The notes under the pieces: model-generated | What the model saw: the letters and a program-made list of their open reading frames with translations, nothing else | The model's database searches: none | What the model was told of the DNA's origin: nothing | Source: Thermodesulfovibrionia bacterium | GTDB taxonomy: Bacteria; Nitrospirota; Thermodesulfovibrionia; UBA6902 | Assembly (NCBI GenBank): GCA_030646035.1 | Contig: JAUSMY010000030.1 | Coordinates: 46,434-110,433, forward strand | DNA length: 64,000 nucleotides | Reading direction: 5' to 3' | Position numbers and translations under genes: made by a program | Part shown: in pieces, positions 56,723-64,000 of the stretch | Layout of the letters: the number at the start of each line of letters is the position of its first letter | Position numbering within the stretch: position 1 is the stretch's first letter

Positions 56723-56738
56723 GCAGGGCGATTAGCTC
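56723..56738. repeat. 16-bp duplicate of the tRNA-Val 5' end (gcagggcgattagctc)
   Basis: Identical to 57031-57046. Followed by the palindrome cccgacgcgtcggg (56739-56752). Confidence 0.9.
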
Positions 56739-56773
56739 CCCGACGCGTCGGGAAGGTCGTGACATAAAAGCAT

Positions 56774-57043
56774 ATGTTTTACATTTACATCCTCAAAAGT
56801 GAAGTAGATGGCTCGTTCTACACCGGACAGTGCCAAAATATTCAGGAAAGAGTACTTCGACATAATAATGGGTATACAAAATCAACAAAAGCAAAAAGGC
56901 CCTGGCAAATGGTGTATCATGAATCTTACAAAACTCGAAGTGAAGCTATTATCAGAGAGATACAAATAAAGAAGATGAAAAGCCGTAAATACATAAATGA
57001 ACTGATATACAACTTACCCGAAAGACAACCGCAGGGCGATTAG
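56774..57043 (+). CDS. small GIY-YIG nuclease-family protein (89 aa)
   Basis: FYIYILKSEVDGSFYTGQCQNIQERVLRHNNG ... WQMVYHESYKTRSEAIIREIQIKKMKSRKY: GIY...YxG, R, H/N and E core motifs. The last 10 nt, including the TAG stop, overlap the tRNA-Val 5' end. Confidence 0.8.
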   Translation: MFYIYILKSEVDGSFYTGQCQNIQERVLRHNNGYTKSTKAKRPWQMVYHESYKTRSEAIIREIQIKKMKSRKYINELIYNLPERQPQGD

Positions 57044-57108
57044 CTCAGGGGGAGAGCGCTGCCTTCACACGGCAGAGGCCGTAGGTTCGAAACCTACATC
57101 GCCCACCA
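57034..57108 (+). tRNA. tRNA-Val, anticodon CAC, with encoded CCA
   Basis: Manual cloverleaf fold. Acceptor stem GGGCGAT/ATCGCCC; D-arm GCTC-AGGGGGA-GAGC; anticodon arm CTGCC-TTCACAC-GGCAG; variable loop AGGCC; T-arm GTAGG-TTCGAAA-CCTAC; then A-CCA. Confidence 0.9.
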
Positions 57109-57340
57109 TTTACTTTTCCTTCATTGCACGGCAGAGGCCGTCCCGATACCTCGGGACATCGCCCACCATCTTTTTCCTTTTCGCAAGCAGAGGCCGTCCC
57201 GATACCTCGGGACATCGCCCACCATTTACTTTCCCTTCATTGCACGCAGAGGCCGTCCCGATACCTCGGGACATCGCCCACCATCTTTTTCCTTCATTGC
57301 AAGCAGAGGCCGTCCCGATACCTCGGGACATCGCCCAGCA
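57109..57340 (+). repeat. four tandem units of about 56-60 bp, each containing a 38-nt mimic of the tRNA-Val 3' half
   Basis: The core gcagaggccgtcccgatacctcgggacatcgcccacca occurs four times (the last copy ends cccagca). Pyrimidine-rich linkers of two alternating types separate the cores. Unit ends are at 57168, 57224, 57283 and 57340. Confidence 0.9.
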
Positions 57341-57350
57341 TAATTACAGC

Positions 57351-59249
57351 CTAAACAGATACAGACTTCAAGACCGCTTCCAGGATTTCCCAGCGCTTAT
57401 ACGCTTCAGCTATCTCTTCCTCGATCTCTTCTATCCGCGCATTTATCTCAGGTATCCTGTTTCCGTTCTGTTTGTAGAATTCAGGATCAGCGAGTGATTC
57501 ATATAGCTTGACACGTTCTGTTTCCAAAGATTCTATCTGCGCGGGTAATTCCTCGAGTTCCTTCTTCTCCTTGAATGTCATTACACGCGGACGCTCCTGC
57601 TTCTGACGGGACTTCCCCTGCTTTGCGGATTTTTCCTTTTGTTCAGGAGTTGAGAGTTTGCGCTGTCTCAGCCAATCGTCATAGCCGCCAACATATTCTT
57701 CAACCCTTCCATCGCCTTCAAAGACTATTGTGCTCGTTGCGATATTATTGAGGAATTCCCTGTCGTGGCTCACGATAAGGACCGTGCCCTCATACTCCAT
57801 CAGCATCTCCTCAAGAAGTTCCAATGTGTCTGTGTCAAGATCATTGGTAGGCTCGTCCATCACCAATACATTTGAGGGTTTTGTAAAGAGCTTCGCAAGG
57901 AGCGCGCGGTTGCGTTCTCCTCCTGAGAGATACTTCACCTGCGAGCGCGCCCTCTCCGGCGGGAATAGGAAATCGCCAAGATAGCTGATTATGTGCTTAG
58001 ACTTGCCGTTGACCATAACATGGTCGCTTCCCTCTGACACATTCTGCATAACAGAACTCTCATCATCAAGCTGGGCGCGATGCTGGTCAAAATAAGCGAC
58101 ATTGAGATTCGTCCCCCTGCGCACAGAACCGCTGTGCGGCTTCATCTCGCCGAGCAGTATTCGGAGAAGCGTGGTCTTGCCGGAACCGTTGGGGCCGATG
58201 ATGCCGACCTTGTCCCCGCGTATGATGCTCGCGGAAAAATCATTTATCACAGGAACGCCTTCGTATATATGCCCTATGCGCATTGCCTGAAAGACCCGCT
58301 TGCCGGACCGTTCAGCTTCGTTAAGGCTCATCGCAGCACTGCCAACCTCTTCACGCCTTGCGCTGCGCGCGTTTCTCATATCCTTCAAGACCCTCACGCG
58401 TCCTTCGTTGCGCGTGCGCCTTGCCTTGACACCCTGCCGTATCCACGCCTCTTCCTGCGAAAGCTTTTTATCAAAGAGCGCATTGTGCGTTGCCTCTGCA
58501 TCAAGCTCTGCCTGCCTTCTTCTGAGATATGTTGCATAATCGCCGGGCCAATCCGTGACCCGCCCCCGGTCCAGTTCAATGATACGTGTTGCAAGTGTCT
58601 GGAGAAACCTGCGGTCATGCGTTATGAAGAGTATGGAGCCGCGGAAGCCGATGAGAAATTCCTCAAGCCATGCAATAGAGGTTATGTCGAGATGGTTTGT
58701 CGGCTCATCAAGGAGGAGCAGATCCGGCTCATTAACAAGCGCGCGTGCAAGCAGCACTCGCCTTTTATTACCGCCTGAGAGCTCAGACACCTGAGCATCA
58801 GGGTCAAGCCTGAGGCGGGAGATCACGGTCTCTACCCTCTGCTGTATCTGCCATCCGCCTGCAGACTCTATCAGGTGCTGGACACGTTCGAACTCTGCCA
58901 TCAAGCCTGCATCTCCGCCATGCGCGAGCTTCACGCTTATTGAATGGTATTCTGAAAGCAGCTCGACCATATTGCCGAGCCCTGCTGAAACAACGTCGAA
59001 TACCGTTCCAGACAGTTCCTTCGGCACTTCCTGAGAAAGTGAGGCTATCCTCACACCCTGTTCGTATATGACCCCGCCCGCGTCAGGTGTTATCTCGCCG
59101 GTGATGATCTTCATGAGCGTGGACTTGCCTGCCCCGTTCCTTCCGACAAGACAGACCCGCTCATTGCCGCTTATCTGAAGCGTCACCCCGTCGAGCAGTT
59201 CCGGGCCGCCGAAAGAGAGTTTTACATCCTGTAGACTGACCAATGCCAC
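57351..59249 (-). CDS. uup: ABC-F family ATPase (Uup-like) with C-terminal coiled-coil domain
   Basis: Two ABC cassettes (GRNGAGKST / LSGGNKRR / LLLDEPTNHLD and GPNGSGKTT / LSGGERNR / LVMDEPTNDLD). No TM domain. Lys/Glu-rich coiled-coil tail. Confidence 0.85.
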   Translation of the reverse strand: MALVSLQDVKLSFGGPELLDGVTLQISGNERVCLVGRNGAGKSTLMKIITGEITPDAGGVIYEQGVRIASLSQEVPKELSGTVFDVVSAGLGNMVELLSEYHSISVKLAHGGDAGLMAEFERVQHLIESAGGWQIQQRVETVISRLRLDPDAQVSELSGGNKRRVLLARALVNEPDLLLLDEPTNHLDITSIAWLEEFLIGFRGSILFITHDRRFLQTLATRIIELDRGRVTDWPGDYATYLRRRQAELDAEATHNALFDKKLSQEEAWIRQGVKARRTRNEGRVRVLKDMRNARSARREEVGSAAMSLNEAERSGKRVFQAMRIGHIYEGVPVINDFSASIIRGDKVGIIGPNGSGKTTLLRILLGEMKPHSGSVRRGTNLNVAYFDQHRAQLDDESSVMQNVSEGSDHVMVNGKSKHIISYLGDFLFPPERARSQVKYLSGGERNRALLAKLFTKPSNVLVMDEPTNDLDTDTLELLEEMLMEYEGTVLIVSHDREFLNNIATSTIVFEGDGRVEEYVGGYDDWLRQRKLSTPEQKEKSAKQGKSRQKQERPRVMTFKEKKELEELPAQIESLETERVKLYESLADPEFYKQNGNRIPEINARIEEIEEEIAEAYKRWEILEAVLKSVSV

Positions 59250-59310
59250 ATATCACCTCAAAGAGAAATATTTTGTAGGGTTTATTATAACGGAAACGAA
59301 GATTGGGAAT

Positions 59311-60561
59311 TCAGAGGTTCACAACATGCACAGAACAGGATATGCAGGGATCGTAAGCGCGTATCAGCGTCTCAAGCTCAGGTATTATATCCGCCTTCTC
59401 TTTCAGGAGCGCCTCTGCCATTATGCCAAGCCCCCGCTCCATCTCCGCGAGATTAAGCGCTGTTGGCGTGACTATATCACCTGCTGTGACATAGCCATTA
59501 CTGTCAAAGGTATAAGAGTGAAGCAACAGCCCTCTCGGCGCCTCGATAGCAGCGACTCCCTTACTTGCCTGCGGAATGACATCAACAAGTATTCCTCCAT
59601 CTTCAGGAATGTTCATCTCTAATAATTTATTGATAATGGCTGTCACTTCCTCCAGAAAGATCACTATCTCAAGACCGCGCGCGAGGTTGTTCATATAAAC
59701 CGACCTGTCTTTGGCCACTCCAAGCCTCTCAATGAGATCAGCTGTACGCCCTGTTGGAAGAGAAGGTAAATTCAGCATCCTCGCAAGCGGGCCGACCATG
59801 AAAGGTTCATTCTCAAGGAGCGTATGTTTCGTATATGAAGGAGGCAGTGATGATTCATTTATCCTCTGCCAGAATTCCTCAATTCCCGTCAGCTCTGTAG
59901 CGTTTATTAATACATCGCTTCCGGAATTACCTGCAAGTGAAACCCAATTCTTAACCTGCACAAGTGATGATGACTTCATTGGAGGGATCTGTTTGAGAAA
60001 TTCAGCTACAGCCTCTATCAGAGGTTCGGCCTTATCTTTTATTGCCTTGAGATCTTCACGCGACGGCACAGCGCTCATGCCGCCGACTATTGGAATTATC
60101 TGGTGGATCGCGCGGCCGCCCACAGCCTGCTGTATCTCATTCCCAAGCCCCTTGATCTTAAACCCGAGAGAGACGGTCTCAGGCATATCTGTGGCTAATT
60201 CTACAAAAGAGTTCTTGCCATAATAGTCAGGCAGAGCGAGCATAAAGAGATGAAGCCCGTGGCTCTGAAGCGACTCGCCGTGAAGTAAAAGCTCTCTGAG
60301 GAGTTTTGCCTCTTCACGGACCTTTACTCCGAAGGCAGACTCTATCGCTATGACTGAGACCACCCTGTGGGATGCCGCGCATATTGAGCATATCCTTGAG
60401 ACTATCGTCGGCACATCATTGAAGTGCCTGCCGACTATCAGCTTCTCAAACAATCTCGGCGGAGTGAGCACATCAAGCTTTATAGACTCGAGCTTTCGGC
60501 CTTTTACATTGATCTTTATGTTTGCGTGGCCTTCGATCCTGGCTATCAATTCTTCGCTCAT
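59311..60561 (-). CDS. hydA: [NiFe] hydrogenase large (alpha) subunit, group 3b-like
   Basis: N-terminal RIEGH and RICSICAASH, and C-terminal DPCISCSVH Ni-Fe ligand motifs. 416 aa. Confidence 0.85.
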   Translation of the reverse strand: MSEELIARIEGHANIKINVKGRKLESIKLDVLTPPRLFEKLIVGRHFNDVPTIVSRICSICAASHRVVSVIAIESAFGVKVREEAKLLRELLLHGESLQSHGLHLFMLALPDYYGKNSFVELATDMPETVSLGFKIKGLGNEIQQAVGGRAIHQIIPIVGGMSAVPSREDLKAIKDKAEPLIEAVAEFLKQIPPMKSSSLVQVKNWVSLAGNSGSDVLINATELTGIEEFWQRINESSLPPSYTKHTLLENEPFMVGPLARMLNLPSLPTGRTADLIERLGVAKDRSVYMNNLARGLEIVIFLEEVTAIINKLLEMNIPEDGGILVDVIPQASKGVAAIEAPRGLLLHSYTFDSNGYVTAGDIVTPTALNLAEMERGLGIMAEALLKEKADIIPELETLIRAYDPCISCSVHVVNL

Positions 60562-61289
60562 AGCCCTCGCTCCAGAAAAAGGTCAAACCTCTTCTTTATC
60601 TCATCTTCACTCAAGCCCATCTCCCTGAATATCTCAATGAGTGATTCCTTGTTTGCATCATCATAAAAGCCGAAACATCCGTCGCACGGCCTGCCGAGAG
60701 AAGGCTGCCTCGCACCGCATCCTGCTTTAGTAACAGGGCCGAGACATGCCGAACTTCTGTATCTCAAAAGGCACTCATTGCCCTTCATCTTGCACTCCAT
60801 GCAGACCGAGTATGCAGGCACCTCAGGCAGAACGCCTTTAAGCAGATACCCGAGGCAGTGGAGAAGATACTTCTTCTCGATTGGGCATCCGGGAATGGAG
60901 AAGTCCACAGTGACAATATCCTTCAGCGGCCTTGGGAAGGTTATATCAAAACCTGCACCTGATTCAGGATAGACATCAGTTAACCAGTTCCTTCTATCTT
61001 CAGGCCCGCGCGCTATCACACCGCCTGTGCAAGCGCATGTGCCTATTCCAACAAGCTGTTTAACCTTTTTGCGGAGGGCTTTGAGAAATTCCTCATCCTC
61101 CATAGATGTCACAGCCCCTTCAACAAAGGCTATATCAGGGTCTTTGCCTGTTGACGGCATTGCAACATTCAGATGCACAACCTCTACAAGGTCAAATAGT
61201 TTAAGAATATCCTCGCCGAGATTTGTTATCTCAAGTATGTCGCCTGAGCATGATGTAAGCGAATAAAAGCCTGCCTTTGGTTTTCCCAT
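60558..61289 (-). CDS. hydD: [NiFe] hydrogenase small (delta) subunit, NuoB-fold
   Basis: SCSGD..., GTCACTGG and PGCP Fe-S ligand motifs. ATGA-type overlap with the large-subunit gene. Confidence 0.8.
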   Translation of the reverse strand: MGKPKAGFYSLTSCSGDILEITNLGEDILKLFDLVEVVHLNVAMPSTGKDPDIAFVEGAVTSMEDEEFLKALRKKVKQLVGIGTCACTGGVIARGPEDRRNWLTDVYPESGAGFDITFPRPLKDIVTVDFSIPGCPIEKKYLLHCLGYLLKGVLPEVPAYSVCMECKMKGNECLLRYRSSACLGPVTKAGCGARQPSLGRPCDGCFGFYDDANKESLIEIFREMGLSEDEIKKRFDLFLERGL

Positions 61290-61298
61290 ATGATTTGC

Positions 61299-62126
61299 CT
61301 AAAATATCTCCGGAAGATTTATCGCATCCCAATATGTAAATATCGGCCCGTCGATGCAGGTGTACTTATGCCCTATGACGCAATGCCCGCACTTGCCCTC
61401 TCCGCACTCCATCCTTCTCTCAAGAGACATATAAATTTTCCCCTTTGAACAGCCGAGGCTGAGAAGTTTTTCAAGAACATATTTATAAAAACCGGGCGGC
61501 CCGCAGACTGCGACAGAAGTATCCATGAGCGGCATACCTGTCATATCGATTAAATCTGTCACGGAACCCACATGCCCTTTCCATGATTCATTATCCTGCG
61601 CGCTGTCAACAGTGAGCAGGCATTTTATGTCTCTTCTTAAGACCAGTTCACGCATCTCTTCGTTAAAGAGCAGGCTTGCCGGATTCTTCGTACCATAGAC
61701 AATAGCAACCTCTTTAAAAGCTTCTCTCCTCCACAGCACATAACGTATCAAAGACCTTAGCGGAGCTATGCCGAGGCCTCCTGCAACTATAAGCAGGTTG
61801 CCGCCTCTCATTTTATCTACCGGATATCCATTGCCAAAAGGCCCTCGGATACCAACCTTGCCATTCTCTTCAAGGCTGTACAGAGCGGTGGTGACCCTGC
61901 CAGCCTTTCTCACGCACAGGTCTATGAAACCCTTTTCATCAGGCCCAGAGGTAATCGATATCGGAGCTTCTCCAACACCGAATATGCTGAGCATTACAAA
62001 CTGCCCCGGCTGAAAGTGAAATTTCTCCCGCATCTGCTCTTCTTTAAATATGAATCTGAAGAGGCTGTGATTATGATCAAGCGCCCTCTTCTCTTCAAGC
62101 CTCGCTATCACAGGTATAAGGCTCAT
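61299..62126 (-). CDS. hydG: hydrogenase gamma subunit: FAD/NAD(P)-binding oxidoreductase with C-terminal [2Fe-2S]
   Basis: Ferredoxin-reductase-like motifs (GEAPISI, LLIVAGGLGIAPL) and C-terminal CGEGKCGHC...C. The start at MSLIPV (62126) forms an ATGA overlap with the beta-subunit stop codon. The upstream 26 codons are rejected. Confidence 0.75.
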   Translation of the reverse strand: MSLIPVIARLEEKRALDHNHSLFRFIFKEEQMREKFHFQPGQFVMLSIFGVGEAPISITSGPDEKGFIDLCVRKAGRVTTALYSLEENGKVGIRGPFGNGYPVDKMRGGNLLIVAGGLGIAPLRSLIRYVLWRREAFKEVAIVYGTKNPASLLFNEEMRELVLRRDIKCLLTVDSAQDNESWKGHVGSVTDLIDMTGMPLMDTSVAVCGPPGFYKYVLEKLLSLGCSKGKIYMSLERRMECGEGKCGHCVIGHKYTCIDGPIFTYWDAINLPEIF

Positions 62127-63136
62127 TCGCGTATCCTCCTTACAACCTCGACCATGTCTATGCCTGCCGGACAGGTCTCGCTGCAGCGTCCGCATCCTGT
62201 GCATGAGGCCTTCCCGTGCATCTCGCCGAACCCTGTCTCTTTATGCAGATACCTGAACCTGAACCTCTCAGGCCTTGTGCCGCGGAAATTGTGCCCGCCT
62301 GTTACAAGCGCGTAATCCTTGCGCATGCAGGCATCCCATCTCCTTATCCTGCAGCTGTTTCCTGCGATAACATCAGGAGAGTCATAGACATCAAAGCACT
62401 GGCATGTCGGGCAGACCATTACGCAGCTTCCGCAGAAGAGGCATCTCTTGCTGTATTCTTCCCATATATCATTTTTATACTCAAGCGTGAGAAGGTCAGC
62501 GAGATTGGTCGTATCCATTATGCGCGTGAACATCGAGTCTCTTATCTGTATCCTTTCCTTGTATTCAAGAATCTCTTCTTTGGTTGGTTTATTAAATAAG
62601 CCGGGAGAGAGCCTGAGCATGTCATCCCCGAGAGCAGTGCGCACGCTTACCATATAAACATCATCAAGAGTATAGAGAAAGATGTCATAAACGCTCTCTA
62701 TGAAATCGGTATGCATTGATTTGCAGAGGCAGTATTTATCAGGCAGGCAGCTTAGCCCTATGAATCCAACCTTATCCCGCCGCCGCCAGTAAGATGTATC
62801 CCGTCCGCCGTATGAAAACGCCTTGTCCAAGATCTCAATACCGTGAAGGTCGCAGGGATGAAGCCCGAAGATAACGCTGAACTGCTCATCTTCATGAGAT
62901 GCATCTATTCTGCACTCTTTATCTACAGAGAAGAGCTTCTCCACTGGCGGGAAGATTAACTTTTTTGGCGGGATGATGGTGCGGATAAATTCAAGACTTA
63001 CCTTTGAAAACTCCGTATATTGCCTGAACGTATATGTTTTTTCCCCTTTCTGCTCGGGCACTATAAGCTTGTAACGCTTATCAACAGCATCGAGAAACTC
63101 CGGCAACCTATCTTTTTTTAAAGTAAAAAACAGCAT
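62123..63136 (-). CDS. hydB: hydrogenase beta subunit: 4Fe-4S protein (AsrA-like)
   Basis: CLFCGSCVMVCPTCQC and CTGCGRCSETCP cluster motifs. First gene of a beta-gamma-delta-alpha operon, as in sulfhydrogenase-type group 3b enzymes. Confidence 0.7.
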   Translation of the reverse strand: MLFFTLKKDRLPEFLDAVDKRYKLIVPEQKGEKTYTFRQYTEFSKVSLEFIRTIIPPKKLIFPPVEKLFSVDKECRIDASHEDEQFSVIFGLHPCDLHGIEILDKAFSYGGRDTSYWRRRDKVGFIGLSCLPDKYCLCKSMHTDFIESVYDIFLYTLDDVYMVSVRTALGDDMLRLSPGLFNKPTKEEILEYKERIQIRDSMFTRIMDTTNLADLLTLEYKNDIWEEYSKRCLFCGSCVMVCPTCQCFDVYDSPDVIAGNSCRIRRWDACMRKDYALVTGGHNFRGTRPERFRFRYLHKETGFGEMHGKASCTGCGRCSETCPAGIDMVEVVRRIRE

Positions 63137-63331
63137 AAATCAACAATCGCCTTTCAGCCGTTCATAAGATAATTCCAAGAAGAACGGCATGGAATATAAC
63201 CTGCGGCATCTAAACTTATTTTATATTAGTTTCAGGATAAATCAAGAAGGATGCAGATGAATAAGGGTAGTGGGTCATTTTGAAATAATCAGCATCTTGT
63301 CATGCTTGACCGTTCATGCTATCATAGAAGC

Positions 63332-63553
63332 ATGGAAAAGAAGAAAAGAAAACCAGCCGATATTAACATCCTCGCTAAATCCATCGTATCACAAGTAACA
63401 GAAGAACCCATGAGAGAAAAGAACCCTGCTGCTGTTGCGCTTGGCAGACTTGGCGGACTCAAAGGCGGTAAGGCAAGGGCAGAGAGCCTAACTGCTAAGA
63501 AGCGTAAAGAGATCGCACAGAAGGCTGCTAAGACTCGCTGGGCTAAGAAATAA
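63332..63553 (+). CDS. small basic hypothetical protein (73 aa)
   Basis: MEKKKRKP...GRLGGLKGGKARAESLTAKKRKEIAQKAAKTRWAKK. TTGTCA, 17-nt spacer, TATCAT lie just upstream of ATG 63332. This argues against the longer ORF from 63302. Confidence 0.4.
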   Translation: MEKKKRKPADINILAKSIVSQVTEEPMREKNPAAVALGRLGGLKGGKARAESLTAKKRKEIAQKAAKTRWAKK

Positions 63554-63669
63554 TTCTCAAACCCCACCCCAACTCCAACCTTGTTGCAACATTTCTATAT
63601 TTATGGTATTGTAGTTATATCTTTGAGATATAACATAATCAACAAACTGATATACAAGGAGGTGGGATT

Positions 63670-64000
63670 GTGACTAACAGAACATTTGATTTAGTTGAGA
63701 AAGAAGCTGAATGGGAAGAAGAACTTCAAAAACTCAAAGTTGTAATAGCAAAATGTGAAGAGGTTATTAAAGAAAAGACTGAGGAACAACAAAATGCTCT
63801 TGATGAAGTAAAGGAATTGACTTATTTTATGCACGTTTTCAGGCAAAAATTAGGGGCTGATAAATCTGTTTTAACTAAGAAAACTGAAACCTCAGCGCAA
63901 AACAATACTATATCCAATGTGAGTTATACCGGGATGACATTAAAAATGGCTGTAATGAAAATCTTTAAAGCTGAAGTTCAAAGAAGATTTACTGGATCAG
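63670..64000 (+). CDS. hypothetical protein, N-terminal fragment (continues beyond the window)
   Basis: A GTG at 63670 is preceded by AAGGAGG. The frame is open to the window end, and the N-terminus is coiled-coil-like (EWEEELQKLKVVIAKCEEVIKEK). Absent from the ORF track because no stop codon is reached. Confidence 0.45.
   Translation, partial: MTNRTFDLVEKEAEWEEELQKLKVVIAKCEEVIKEKTEEQQNALDEVKELTYFMHVFRQKLGADKSVLTKKTETSAQNNTISNVSYTGMTLKMAVMKIFKAEVQRRFTGS

Noticed and set aside
57109-57340. Possible CRISPR array (38-nt repeats with spacers of about 20 nt).
   Set aside because: The spacers are too short and are near-identical, alternating between two types. The repeat is a copy of the adjacent tRNA 3' half. 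No cas genes are nearby.
57110-57497. ORFs 57110-57331 (-), 57124-57354 (+) and 57240-57497 (+), which have internally repeated peptides.
   Set aside because: They are translations of the tandem tRNA-like repeat array. The periodic peptide repeats follow the DNA repeat, and there are no start-site signals.

Overview
This 64 kb window comes from a moderately low-GC, apparently anaerobic bacterium. Gene calls rest on reading the six-frame translations for family-diagnostic motifs; no database search was run.

Left end (1-7.3 kb): the 3' end of a sigma-54 activator gene, an NHL-repeat lipoprotein, a PPC/DUF296 protein, and an NAD-linked formate dehydrogenase operon (nuoE-like, nuoF-like, fdhA). 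The ORF track splits fdhA in two. It is one gene with an in-frame UGA (selenocysteine) followed by a SECIS-like hairpin.

7.3-15.9 kb: two compositionally contrasting accessory blocks.
- A visibly AT-rich four-gene operon (CBM9-like protein, 731-aa unknown, hexapeptide acetyltransferase, NagA-like).
- A visibly GC-rich block of about 3.7 kb bounded by perfect 52-bp direct repeats that duplicate the 3' end of aroKB.

These are followed by aroKB and aroC.

Centre (about 19.9-56.6 kb): one very large minus-strand type IV filament locus, MSHA-like. It contains:
- a two-component system;
- five short pilin-like genes;
- three tandem Wzy_C/PglL-like ligases;
- five giant pilin paralogs (415-653 aa);
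- a fused membrane/spermidine-synthase-like/TPR protein;
- two GT-C-like membrane proteins;
- PilMN/O/P-like proteins, a secretin, two tandem MshE-type ATPases, a platform protein, and an ExeA/MshM-TPR fusion.

This locus, and especially the giant pilin family with its embedded modification module, is my best candidate for a poorly described or undescribed system.

Right end:
- a small GIY-YIG gene inserted against tRNA-Val(CAC), with a 16-bp duplication of the tRNA 5' end;
- a four-unit tandem array of tRNA-Val 3'-half mimics;
- an ABC-F ATPase;
- a group 3b-type [NiFe] hydrogenase operon (hydBGDA order);
- two small or partial ORFs.
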